Shown here: positions 24,394 through 33,931 of the stretch, one piece after another
Position numbering within the stretch: the first letter of the stretch is position 1
Layout: each line of letters starts with the position of its first letter
Assembly (NCBI GenBank): GCA_964019335.1
Contig: OZ025710.1
Span: 434,001 to 498,000, forward strand
DNA length: 64,000 nucleotides
Origin: Diplonema japonicum
Lineage: Eukaryota; Protista; Euglenozoa: Diplonemea
Reading direction: 5' to 3'
Notes under the pieces: model-generated
What the model saw: only the letters and a program-made list of their open reading frames with translations
Database searches by the model: none
Told to the model about the DNA's origin: nothing
Position numbers and translations under genes: made by a program

Positions 24394-25367
24394 AAAAAAA
24401 CAGAAATTTCTGTTTCTTTTCTGGTGAGCGGAAGAAAAGGAAGGGAAAACGAGTGAAATTGGCCTCCTGGAACTGAAAATAATTTGGAACCAGGAGCCAA
24501 GAAAATCCTCTTTTTTTTTCTCCTATACTTCTTAATCTTCTTCTTTTTCCCTCGACCTGTTTCCCTCTATTTCTACCACACCCACATTTATTTATAACTA
24601 TTGGCCCGCAGGGCCCGAGTGCAAAAAAACGGGTAACGAGAGTTAAATAATGGCTCATTTGGCGGCAAGTAAGTCGTTTTATTTCACTCTTCGTCATTTG
24701 AGTCACTCACTCTTCACTGCTTTCACTGCTGTTTTTTTTCACGCAGGTCAGCCTTTTTGGGGAGTTTCCTAAGGTAATATGGGGTTGCTATTTCGCCGTG
24801 GCATTTAAAGGGGAAGTAAGGCACTTATTCCCACTTTTAAGGGCTGGAATGGCCTCAGATGGCCAAAAATAGTCAAAATACGCCCACCCCAAAAAAATTT
24901 TTCAAGGGGTTGGGTGCATTTTTTTCCACGGCGAGACTCATTTTTCCACTCTGAAGGGCCATTATTTAACTGCAAAATCTCATTATTTAACTAGTTAAAT
25001 AATGGCCATTTCGCGTTAAATAATGAGGCCCCTAGTGAGTGAAGAAAATGACGAAGAGTGAAATAAAATTATATATAATTTTTTTCACTTGAATTCAATT
25101 TTTTTCCTTTAAACCTTAATGACTTTTCGTCGGGGCATGAAAACCTTCACGGGATAGAAGAAACACTCCTGCTGCAGGTTGGCTCCCTTCAAATTTTTAT
25201 TATAGTTGCTTGTACGCCAGGCGGTTTATAAGCAACCAAAGTCATTCTTCTATTTATTATTATTATTATAAGCCATAAAAACAAGCATCCCCCACCCACA
25301 AAAGCACACACACACAAACACACAAAGAAAAAAAAAAAGAAAAAAACAAAGAAAGAAACAAAGAAAA

Positions 25368-26909
25368 ATGAAAATGACCGCCCCAAGAGCGGTGGTGTTG
25401 CTGGCACTGGCAGCATCGTGCAAGGCGATGACAAGGGAGGAGGTCCTCGACTTTGTCATCGAAAACAAGTGCACCGAACCCAAAGGTGTGCTCGACCCCG
25501 CCTCGCCCCTATGCACCAAGTCTGAGAACATCGCAGCAGGGGACCCAGTGTTCTACTTGAGGACCGACCGCCTTAACGCGCAGGCGATGCACTCGTTTCT
25601 CAGCCAGAACTACAAAGGTGACGACCGCATCGTGTCGACCATGGAGTTCGGGAATGTGGGCACGACTACCGAGACCTACCAGTCCTTCCACGAAATGACC
25701 TACAATAGAATGATATCCGGCAAAGAGTACTGGTACAGAGACGGTGGGAACTTCATGGAGATCGAGGGCACGCACTCATCCTACGTCGGGACTCAGGACC
25801 CCAACTACCCGCAGAGGTTTTGCGGGAGCCCGGTAGAGACCCCAACAGGTTCCCAATGCTCCTGCACGGACGATGCTTGGCTCCTGTTCCCGAACAACAT
25901 CGTGAAGGAGGCGCCGCCGGTGGCGGATATCAACTGGCAGAACATCGTGTCCGACAGTAACCCTACGCCATGCGGCACCGGGAAGACACAGACCGTAACC
26001 ACCTCCTATCTCGGGCCGGTTCAATACCTCGGTTACAAAAAGCCTCTCGACACCATTGTGTCCTCGCACAAAGTAGGAACTACGAAGGCTGCGATAGAGA
26101 GGCAATTTTATACAAAGGAGTACGGGCACACGAAGTGGGAGGCGTGGTGCAAGGACGAGTCACCGAACTCGGGATGCGAGGCGAAAGCTTTAACCTCTTG
26201 GTGTTCGGGCCCCGACACGGAAGGTGAATGGAAGAGGTACGACTGCAGGGAATGGACGAACATCAGGTCCCTTCCTGAAGAGAAGCAAGGCATTGGGTAC
26301 AACCTCCGTTCCATCAACTTCGAGCTACCGCCCCATCTGTGGGACGCGCCTGACTTTTTGATCAGCGCAATGGGGAATGTTGTCATCAACGGCGATGGAG
26401 GGATCGGCACCATGCAGTACTGGAGTGTGCAGAACAATCCCAACTCGAACTCTGTGCAAGTTGTGGACATGCCGCACGTTTACAACTCGACAGGTGAAGC
26501 GTCCTTGACGGACCACAACACAGTGTTCAAGTTCACGGATGTTGGTGGGGCGTACACCTTCGGGCCCACGTCTCTTGCATCCATGCGTCCATTATTATGG
26601 CAACAGCCATCGCTCAAAATCACTTTCGGTTTCGATGTGAAGCTTGCGTCGTCGGACTCCACCACAGGCGTAATCCTCAATTACGCAGTGGACGTCTATA
26701 AAAATGGATTGCCGACGACCCTCGGAACAGGGAACATTCAATGTGTGGTGGGTGTCAGCCCCAACTGGCAGAGGTGCAGCCACTCATACACCTTTTCTCT
26801 CCCGTCTTGGCAAAAGGGCGACACCTACGGACTTGCCTTGTACATACAGAAGACTACCGCTTCTGGTGAATTCTATGTTGATGACATCTTTGTTCAACCT
26901 GTTGTTTAG
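25368..26909 (+). CDS. Secreted 513-aa protein (copy 6)
   Basis: Translation identical to copy 1. Confidence 0.85.
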   Translation: MKMTAPRAVVLLALAASCKAMTREEVLDFVIENKCTEPKGVLDPASPLCTKSENIAAGDPVFYLRTDRLNAQAMHSFLSQNYKGDDRIVSTMEFGNVGTTTETYQSFHEMTYNRMISGKEYWYRDGGNFMEIEGTHSSYVGTQDPNYPQRFCGSPVETPTGSQCSCTDDAWLLFPNNIVKEAPPVADINWQNIVSDSNPTPCGTGKTQTVTTSYLGPVQYLGYKKPLDTIVSSHKVGTTKAAIERQFYTKEYGHTKWEAWCKDESPNSGCEAKALTSWCSGPDTEGEWKRYDCREWTNIRSLPEEKQGIGYNLRSINFELPPHLWDAPDFLISAMGNVVINGDGGIGTMQYWSVQNNPNSNSVQVVDMPHVYNSTGEASLTDHNTVFKFTDVGGAYTFGPTSLASMRPLLWQQPSLKITFGFDVKLASSDSTTGVILNYAVDVYKNGLPTTLGTGNIQCVVGVSPNWQRCSHSYTFSLPSWQKGDTYGLALYIQKTTASGEFYVDDIFVQPVV

Positions 26910-27883
26910 AAAAAAACAGAAATTTCTGTTTCTTTTCTGGTGAGCGGAAGAAAAGGAAGGGAAAACGAGTGAAATTGGCCTCCTGGAACTGAAAATAATT
27001 TGGAACCAGGAGCCAAGAAAATCCTCTTTTTTTTTCTCCTATACTTCTTAATCTTCTTCTTTTTCCCTCGACCTGTTTCCCTCTATTTCTACCACACCCA
27101 CATTTATTTATAACTATTGGCCCGCAGGGCCCGAGTGCAAAAAAACGGGTAACGAGAGTTAAATAATGGCTCATTTGGCGGCAAGTAAGTCGTTTTATTT
27201 CACTCTTCGTCATTTGAGTCACTCACTCTTCACTGCTTTCACTGCTGTTTTTTTTCACGCAGGTCAGCCTTTTTGGGGAGTTTCCTAAGGTAATATGGGG
27301 TTGCTATTTCGCCGTGGCATTTAAAGGGGAAGTAAGGCACTTATTCCCACTTTTAAGGGCTGGAATGGCCTCAGATGGCCAAAAATAGTCAAAATACGCC
27401 CACCCCAAAAAAATTTTTCAAGGGGTTGGGTGCATTTTTTTCCACGGCGAGACTCATTTTTCCACTCTGAAGGGCCATTATTTAACTGCAAAATCTCATT
27501 ATTTAACTAGTTAAATAATGGCCATTTCGCGTTAAATAATGAGGCCCCTAGTGAGTGAAGAAAATGACGAAGAGTGAAATAAAATTATATATAATTTTTT
27601 TCACTTGAATTCAATTTTTTTCCTTTAAACCTTAATGACTTTTCGTCGGGGCATGAAAACCTTCACGGGATAGAAGAAACACTCCTGCTGCAGGTTGGCT
27701 CCCTTCAAATTTTTATTATAGTTGCTTGTACGCCAGGCGGTTTATAAGCAACCAAAGTCATTCTTCTATTTATTATTATTATTATAAGCCATAAAAACAA
27801 GCATCCCCCACCCACAAAAGCACACACACACAAACACACAAAGAAAAAAAAAAAGAAAAAAACAAAGAAAGAAACAAAGAAAA

Positions 27884-29371
27884 ATGAAAATGACCGCCCC
27901 AAGAGCGGTGGTGTTGCTGGCACTGGCAGCATCGTGCAAGGCGATGACAAGGGAGGAGGTCCTCGACTTTGTCATCGAAAACAAGTGCACCGAACCCAAA
28001 GGTGTGCTCGACCCCGCCTCGCCCCTATGCACCAAGTCTGAGAACATCGCAGCAGGGGACCCAGTGTTCTACTTGAGGACCGATTTGGGAAACGTGCAGG
28101 CGATGCACTCGTACCTCAGCCACGACTACAAAGGTGACGACCGCATCGTGTCGACCATGGAGTACGGAGGCTTCCACGAAATGACCTACAACAAATCCGG
28201 GTACTGGTACTTAGACGGTGGGAACTTCATGGAGATCGAGGGAGCATTCTCATCATTCATTGGGACTCAAGATCCGAACGGACCCCAAAGATTTTGCGCA
28301 AGGTGGGAACAGAACGGCCAGTGCTCCTGCAACGACGATGGATGGCTCCTGTTTTCGAGCTCACTTTCAGACCCGCTGAAGTACCAGCCCGCACTGCCCA
28401 GACAGGACGACAACCTCATGGACATCCTCAATCTGAAAAATGAAAATCTTGACGCCTGCATGGACTCCTCCAACGTGGAGACTTTGAACTTCCGCGAGCT
28501 TTACAAGTACAAGAACAACCGCACGCTTGACACCATTGCAACCGCGCACTACACCGGAGTCGTGATGGAAAGACAGTATTTCACGAAAGAATACGGACAC
28601 ACGAAATGGGAGGCGTGGTGCATCAAAGGGAAGATCATCAACACGGCAACGAACGAGACGTGCGAACCCGACAAAGCATTCAACCCTGTGTGCTCTGGTG
28701 ATGACAGGGATTTCAGCGGGTTGTGGGTAAGGTACGGTTGTAGGGAGTGGACCAACATCCACCCACTGCCCGAGAACAAACAGGCAATTGGATACAACCT
28801 GCGTGCGTTCGGTTTCGAGCTGCCTCCCAATCTCTGGAAGTCTGGGTACGTCAACGCAGTTTCAAACATTATTAGAAACGGTGACGGTGGGACAGGGAAC
28901 AAGGACTATTGGAAAGTGTTTGGTGCCAGCCAGAGTGCTGTCCAAGCGATCGTCCTGCCAGAGTCGTTCGGATCCTTCGAGAATCAAAACACAGCATTCT
29001 ACTTCACAGGAACCTTAGGGTACTCACTAGGACCGATTAACCTTAATTCGATCCGGCCGATTGTGTGGAACAGAACTTCACTGTCACTTTCCTATGGGAT
29101 CGACGTGCAGCACAGCGGGACAGGTGGCCCCGTCACTGTTTCCTTCTCGTTGACTCTTTACAAAAACAATCTTCTTATTTCCGCAGATTCTACTCCAGAG
29201 ACTACCTGCATTGTTGCAAACAACCCGAACTGGACGAGGTGCACCGACACCTACAGATTTTCTGACCCGAAATGGGGAAATGAGATCTTCCAACCTGCCA
29301 TGTACGTGATAAAGCCAACCGAGTCGGCCGAGTTTTTCGTGGACAACATCTTTGTGGTTGTCAATGTTTAA
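27884..29371 (+). CDS. Divergent 495-aa paralog of the arrayed secreted protein
   Basis: Identical to the array copies to ~28083 (…FYLRTD), then diverges; keeps ERQ..TKEYGHTKWEAWC, CREWTNI, NGDGG and VD.IFV. Confidence 0.88.
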   Translation: MKMTAPRAVVLLALAASCKAMTREEVLDFVIENKCTEPKGVLDPASPLCTKSENIAAGDPVFYLRTDLGNVQAMHSYLSHDYKGDDRIVSTMEYGGFHEMTYNKSGYWYLDGGNFMEIEGAFSSFIGTQDPNGPQRFCARWEQNGQCSCNDDGWLLFSSSLSDPLKYQPALPRQDDNLMDILNLKNENLDACMDSSNVETLNFRELYKYKNNRTLDTIATAHYTGVVMERQYFTKEYGHTKWEAWCIKGKIINTATNETCEPDKAFNPVCSGDDRDFSGLWVRYGCREWTNIHPLPENKQAIGYNLRAFGFELPPNLWKSGYVNAVSNIIRNGDGGTGNKDYWKVFGASQSAVQAIVLPESFGSFENQNTAFYFTGTLGYSLGPINLNSIRPIVWNRTSLSLSYGIDVQHSGTGGPVTVSFSLTLYKNNLLISADSTPETTCIVANNPNWTRCTDTYRFSDPKWGNEIFQPAMYVIKPTESAEFFVDNIFVVVNV

Positions 29372-29465
29372 AATTGTTCAATAAATTTCCCCCTTTTCTC
29401 CTCTTGCTTCCCCAGTTCCACTGAAAGAAACAACTTGAATATTAAACACGTGCCAAGAAAATGTA

Positions 29466-29536
29466 GCGTAAATGGTCTAGTGGTAGAATGGCTCCCTGCC
29501 ACGGAGTCGGCCCGGGTTCGATTCCCGGTTTACGCA
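29466..29536 (+). tRNA. tRNA-Gly(GCC)
   Basis: Cloverleaf with acceptor GCGTAAA/TTTACGC, anticodon loop CTGCCAC, T-loop GGTTCGATTCC; T-run terminator follows. Confidence 0.95.
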
Positions 29537-30052
29537 TTTTTTTGTCCTTGTATTGTTTCCACACCGGTACACTTCTGTGCTGCTTCGTGAGTTTTTTCCA
29601 TCTTTTTCCCACTTTTTTTCTCCATTTCCTTCGCAAATGAGCTCTTTTCTAACAGGTCTTCCTGTTAAGCACACCAGCAACAAGATTTGTGGAAGTTGAA
29701 GAAGTGCACCTCTTGCTTAAAAGATTCATTATTATTTATTTCATTATTATTTGAAAACGTCTGTAGCTAAAACTTTCATGCATGGCCCGTAGAGATCTGC
29801 TGAAAGCCTTGCATGACGGGACCCTCGCGATTCAGTGGGCATAATATAGTTGCTGAGTACTAAGCAGGAAACCATACCAACTGAATTTTTGTTTTCTGTA
29901 AAGTTGGCGGCACGAAATTTTAGTTTGGCCACTTTCTAGTTCGTCTTATTAAACCCCCCCCCCCCCCATGCAGTAGTTTTTCCTTATTATTACAACTGAG
30001 AGTCCATCAACCACCAAGACACCATGGAATATTTCCTCTACTGAAATTGTCA

Positions 30053-30134
30053 GCAGTCGTATCCAAGTGGTTACGGAGGTGGACTAGAAATCCATTGGGC
30101 TCTGCCCGCGCAGGTTCAAGTCCTGCCGACTGCG
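30053..30134 (+). tRNA. tRNA-Ser(AGA)
   Basis: Acceptor GCAGTCG/CGACTGC, anticodon loop CTAGAAA, long variable arm GGGC-TCT-GCCC, GGTTCAAGTCC; T-run terminator follows. Confidence 0.93.
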
Positions 30135-30168
30135 ATCTTTTTTCTTTTTTTACAATCCTAAATAAGAT

Positions 30169-31348
30169 ATGGGTGCAAATGAGATTGATTTGACCGATTT
30201 GACAGGGGAACACTACGGTCTCCTGGCAGCGTTAGCTGAAAAGGACAGTGAACGAGCCACAGAAGCGGTGGGGAGAATACTGGAAGAGGTTGAAGTGCTA
30301 GAAGCAGACTTGGAGATGGTACCTATGGTGGCAGCAAGGATAGATGCGGACTGTGGTATCCTGCAGTCGAGAAAAAGAAGTAGCGCACAAATATCTGAAA
30401 TGGCATCAAAATGTAAGAGTTTACGTGAAGAGGTGTCTTTCTACTGCATCCCGGAAGAATACACAGCAAAATACGACGCCCTGTTGGCGGATCTCACACA
30501 TGGCTCCACCATTCCCGAGATCGAGGCAGCTATTAACTCGGAAAAGAAACGCGAATCAAAACAAAAACAAGAGCAACAGTGCACACTTGAGCTCGAAGCA
30601 CTCAAGGCAGGCCTTTCCCAGCTCTACGATCTTGCAACAACTGCATCTTTAAAGTGCCAATACATGCTGAAAGAAGGCGACAATGAACCTGTATGAGAGA
30701 AAACTTCATCACAACAAAAGGGAAAAAATAGCATTTATTGCCAACAAATAATGAGTCATTATTTAACTCGAGTTCCCGAATTTTTTGCACGAGGGCCCGC
30801 AGGGCCCGAGTGCAAAAAAACGGTAACGAGAGTTAAATAATGGCTCATTTGGCGGCAAGTAAGTCGTTTTATTTCACTCTTCGTCATTTGAGTCACTCAC
30901 TCTTCACTGCTTTCACTGCTGTTTTTTTTCACGCAGGTCAGCTTTTTGGGGATTTTCCTAAGGTAATACAGGGTAGCTGTTTCGCCGTGGCATTTAAAGG
31001 GGAAGTAAAGCACTTATTCCCACTTTTAAGGGCTGGAATGGCCTCAGATGGCCAAAAATAGTCAAAATACCCCCACCCCAAAAAAAATTTTTCAAGGGGT
31101 TGGGTGCATTTTTTTCTACGACAAGACCCATTTTTTCACTCTGAAGGGCCATTATTTAACTGCAAAATCTCATTATTTAACCAGTTAAATAATGGCCATT
31201 TCGCGTTAAATAATGAGGCCCCTAGTGAGTGAAGAAAATGACGAAGAGTGAAATAAAAAAAAAAAACACACACACACAGAAGCAGTCATCGAAGAGAAGC
31301 AAGAGAGACAAACGAGGCAAGGAGTCCGCCTCACCGACACCGAAATAA
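30169..31348 (+). CDS. Coiled-coil protein, possibly THO complex subunit 7 (THOC7/Mft1)-like; proposed exons 30169-30690 and 31280-31348
   Basis: The ORF's apparent end is GTA-TGA, which is also a GTATGA donor at 30691. Acceptor (CA)n-CAG at 31279. The spliced tail reads KQSSKRSKRDKRGKESASPTPK*. KYDALL..L resembles THOC7 EYDALA (weak). Confidence 0.55.
30735..31258. mobile_element. Full-length palindromic (MITE- or Crypton-like) non-autonomous element inside the putative intron 30691-31279
   Basis: Imperfect palindrome with ~60-bp arms (30735-30862) centred on GGGCCC-GCA-GGGCCC; second inverted-repeat pair at 30867.. and ..31258; six homologous copies in the array spacers. Confidence 0.75.
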
Positions 31349-31444
31349 TGACGTGCCCAATTGTAGCACTTGCTTTTAAAAGTGTATTTGGCATTCTTGT
31401 TCTTCATAAGCAAGTACTCAAGGTGAATTAAAAAAGATAAGAAA

Positions 31445-33455
31445 ATGAGCCACGAAGAAGAAACCCCCATTAAGGGCAAGGAGGAGCTCCTCCAGACTCA
31501 CTTGAGCGAGCTGACCAAGAAGTACTCCCTGAAGCCGCGTCTGGACTACAAGACAATCAAGGCCGTGAACGGTCCCCTGGTCATCTTGGAGGATGTGAAG
31601 AACCCGAAGTTCGCTGAGATCGTGAACATTGAGCTCGCAGACGGTGAGAAGAGGAGGGGACAGGTACTTGAGATCGACGGAACGAGGGCCGTTGTGCAGG
31701 TGTTCGAAGGCACATCTGGGATTGACGCCAAGAAGAGTCACTGTGAGTTCACAGGGAAGATTCTGGAGTTCGGTGTTGCTGAGGACATGCTTGGTCGTAT
31801 TTTCAACGGGTCCGGGAAGCCCATTGACAACGGTGGTGACGTGATCGCCGAGCAGTACCGTGACATCTCTGGTATCCCTATCAACCCCCAGTCCAGGGAG
31901 TACCCCAAGCAGATGATTCAGACTGGTATCTCGTCCATCGACGTCATGATGTCCATCGCCAGAGGACAGAAGATTCCTCTCTTCTCCGGTGCGGGTCTTC
32001 CCCACAACGAGATTGCCGCCCAGATTGTGCGTCAGGCCGGTCTTGTGAAGCAGCCTGGCCAGGAGCAGTCCACCGAGGAGTTTTGCGTTGTTTTCGCTGC
32101 CATGGGTGTCAACCAGGAAACTGCGCGTTTCTTCAAGGAGGAGTTCGAGCACAATGGTGCCTTGTCGAAGGCAGTTGTGTTCTTGAACCTTGCAAACGAC
32201 CCCACCATCGAGCGTATCATCACCCCTAGGTTGGCCCTCACCACTGCTGAGTACCTCGCCTATGACTGCGGTCTCCACGTCTTGGTCATCCTGACTGACA
32301 TGTCTTCGTACGCCGACGCCCTTCGTGAGGTGTCTGCTGCCCGTGAGGAAGTTCCCGGGCGTCGTGGTTACCCCGGTTACATGTACACCGATCTTGCCTG
32401 CATCTACGAGCGCGCTGGGCGTGTGAACGGTAGGTCTGGGAGTATCACTCAGTTCCCTATCTTGACCATGCCTAACGACGACATTACCCATCCTATCCCT
32501 GACTTGACGGGATACATCACCGAAGGGCAGATCTACGTCGACAGGCAGCTGAACAATAAGGGTATCTACCCCCCCGTTAACATCCTGCCGAGTCTGTCCC
32601 GTTTGATGAAGAACGCCATTGGCAAAGACGACGAGACGGGTGAGATGATGACCAGGGAAGACCACAGTGGTGTCTGCAACCAGATGTACGCCGCCTACGC
32701 CATGGCGAAGGACGCGCAGGCCATGAAGGCTGTTGTCGGTGAGGAGGCTCTTAACGAGGAGGACAAAAGGTTCCTTGAGTTCCTTGGCAAGTTCGAGGAA
32801 CAATTCCTCCGACAGGTGTGTGAGAACAATCCATCTCAAACTTTGACAACAGGACTACAACGAGGACAGGAACATCTTCGACTCACTTGACCTTTGCTGG
32901 GAGTTGCTCAGAATTTTCCCCAAGGTATGTAACAAAAACCTCCACCTGATTATGCGTCCAGCAAAAAGATCCCGTGAGCTGCAAAATCTCGTATCCTCGG
33001 TAGTATAGAGGTCAGTATATCCGCCTGTCACGCGGATGACCCGGGTTCAATTCCCGGCCGGGGAATTTTTTACTCCCCGATATTAACATTTATTGACTGT
33101 TTATTGTTGATGTGAAAAAATTCCCCGGCCGGGAATTGAACCCGGGTCATCCGCGTGACAGGCGGATATACTGACCTCTATACTACCGAGGATACGGGAT
33201 TTTGCCTCTCACAGTCTTTTTGCGGGATGACCACTGAGTTGGACTGGCCCTTGCCTGGGCCAACAGGAAAAGGCTTGCAACTCGCTGTGTTTTGTGTCAC
33301 CTTTTCACGCTTGGGGTGCACGCATTTCATACTCCACCCAGGAGAGTAACAATTCAAGTGGAGATGGGTAATAATAATAACAATCACAGCTGTCGCTTGA
33401 CAAGATCAGTCCCAAGCTTGTGGCACAGTTCTACGAGCGCAGGAGCCGCAAGTAG
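31445..33455 (+). CDS. ATP6V1B: V-type H+-ATPase subunit B; exons 31445-32815, 32853-32924, 33390-33455
   Basis: Hallmark motifs ([55 protein letters not shown]). Splicing restores the conserved tail [20 protein letters not shown]|[21 protein letters not shown]. Confidence 0.95.
32994..33065 (+). tRNA. tRNA-Asp(GTC), inside V-ATPase B intron 2
   Basis: Acceptor TCCTCGG/CCGGGGA, anticodon loop CTGTCAC, GGTTCAATTCC, T-run terminator. Confidence 0.92.
33121..33192 (-). tRNA. tRNA-Asp(GTC), identical inverted copy inside V-ATPase B intron 2
   Basis: Exact reverse complement of 32994-33065; A6 at 33115-33120 is a T6 terminator on the minus strand. Confidence 0.92.
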
Positions 33456-33931
33456 AATCATGAGCTGACACACCTTTTTCGTTTTTTATTTTTCTCTTCG
33501 TGTTTCGCTCAAATGTATCCACGACCTTCTCGTATTTTTCCCGTTCCCTCCCTCCCTTTTCTTCTTTTTCTTCTTCTTTCTTTTGGCGTCCTTTCCTATT
33601 GTGCAATTGTTTACCTTGAAGCACGCGTGCGGGAAAAAAAGAACACACTACGAGAAGAGAAGAAGAATTGAGGTACTGGTACCGGTTTTTATTTCTTTTT
33701 TTCTTTTCTTCTTTTTCCTTTAAACATCGGGTCAAATAAAGTGTGGAATCCCTCCCCCAAGAGACCTCGTCCATTTCTCACCCTCCAAACTCCGTTATAT
33801 TTTTCTTTCCCCCCTGCACCTCCCCCCCCTTTTTTTTAGCGTTTCTTTTCTTTTTTATATATTACTTTCAGATTGATCGCAAGGAACACCGCAAAATAGG
33901 GAAGAAGGAAGGGGAAGAAAAGCAAGAGCAA

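Larger units (their letters stand above)
12788..28083 (+). repeat. Tandem array, unit 2516 bp (1542-bp CDS + 974-bp spacer): six full units plus the identical 5' start of a seventh gene
   Basis: ATGs at 12788, 15304, 17820, 20336, 22852, 25368 and 27884 are exactly 2516 apart. The only difference I noticed is A at 14736 versus G in the later units. Confidence 0.97.

Noticed and set aside
12788-28083. CRISPR-like or satellite interpretation of the repeats
   Set aside because: Units are whole genes plus spacers, with no short repeat/unique spacer structure.
31418-32839. 473-aa minus-strand ORF
   Set aside because: Antisense shadow of V-ATPase B, explained by codon bias; no motifs.
32816-32890. 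ORF-track C-terminus of V-ATPase B (VCENNPSQ…HLRLT)
   Set aside because: Read-through into a 37-nt intron; splicing restores the conserved C-terminus.
33193-33389. Possible snRNA or 7SL gene divergent from a tRNA (kinetoplastid arrangement); also checked upstream of tRNA-Ser
   Set aside because: No U1, U2, U4, U5, U6, 7SL or SL RNA hallmark sequences recognised.
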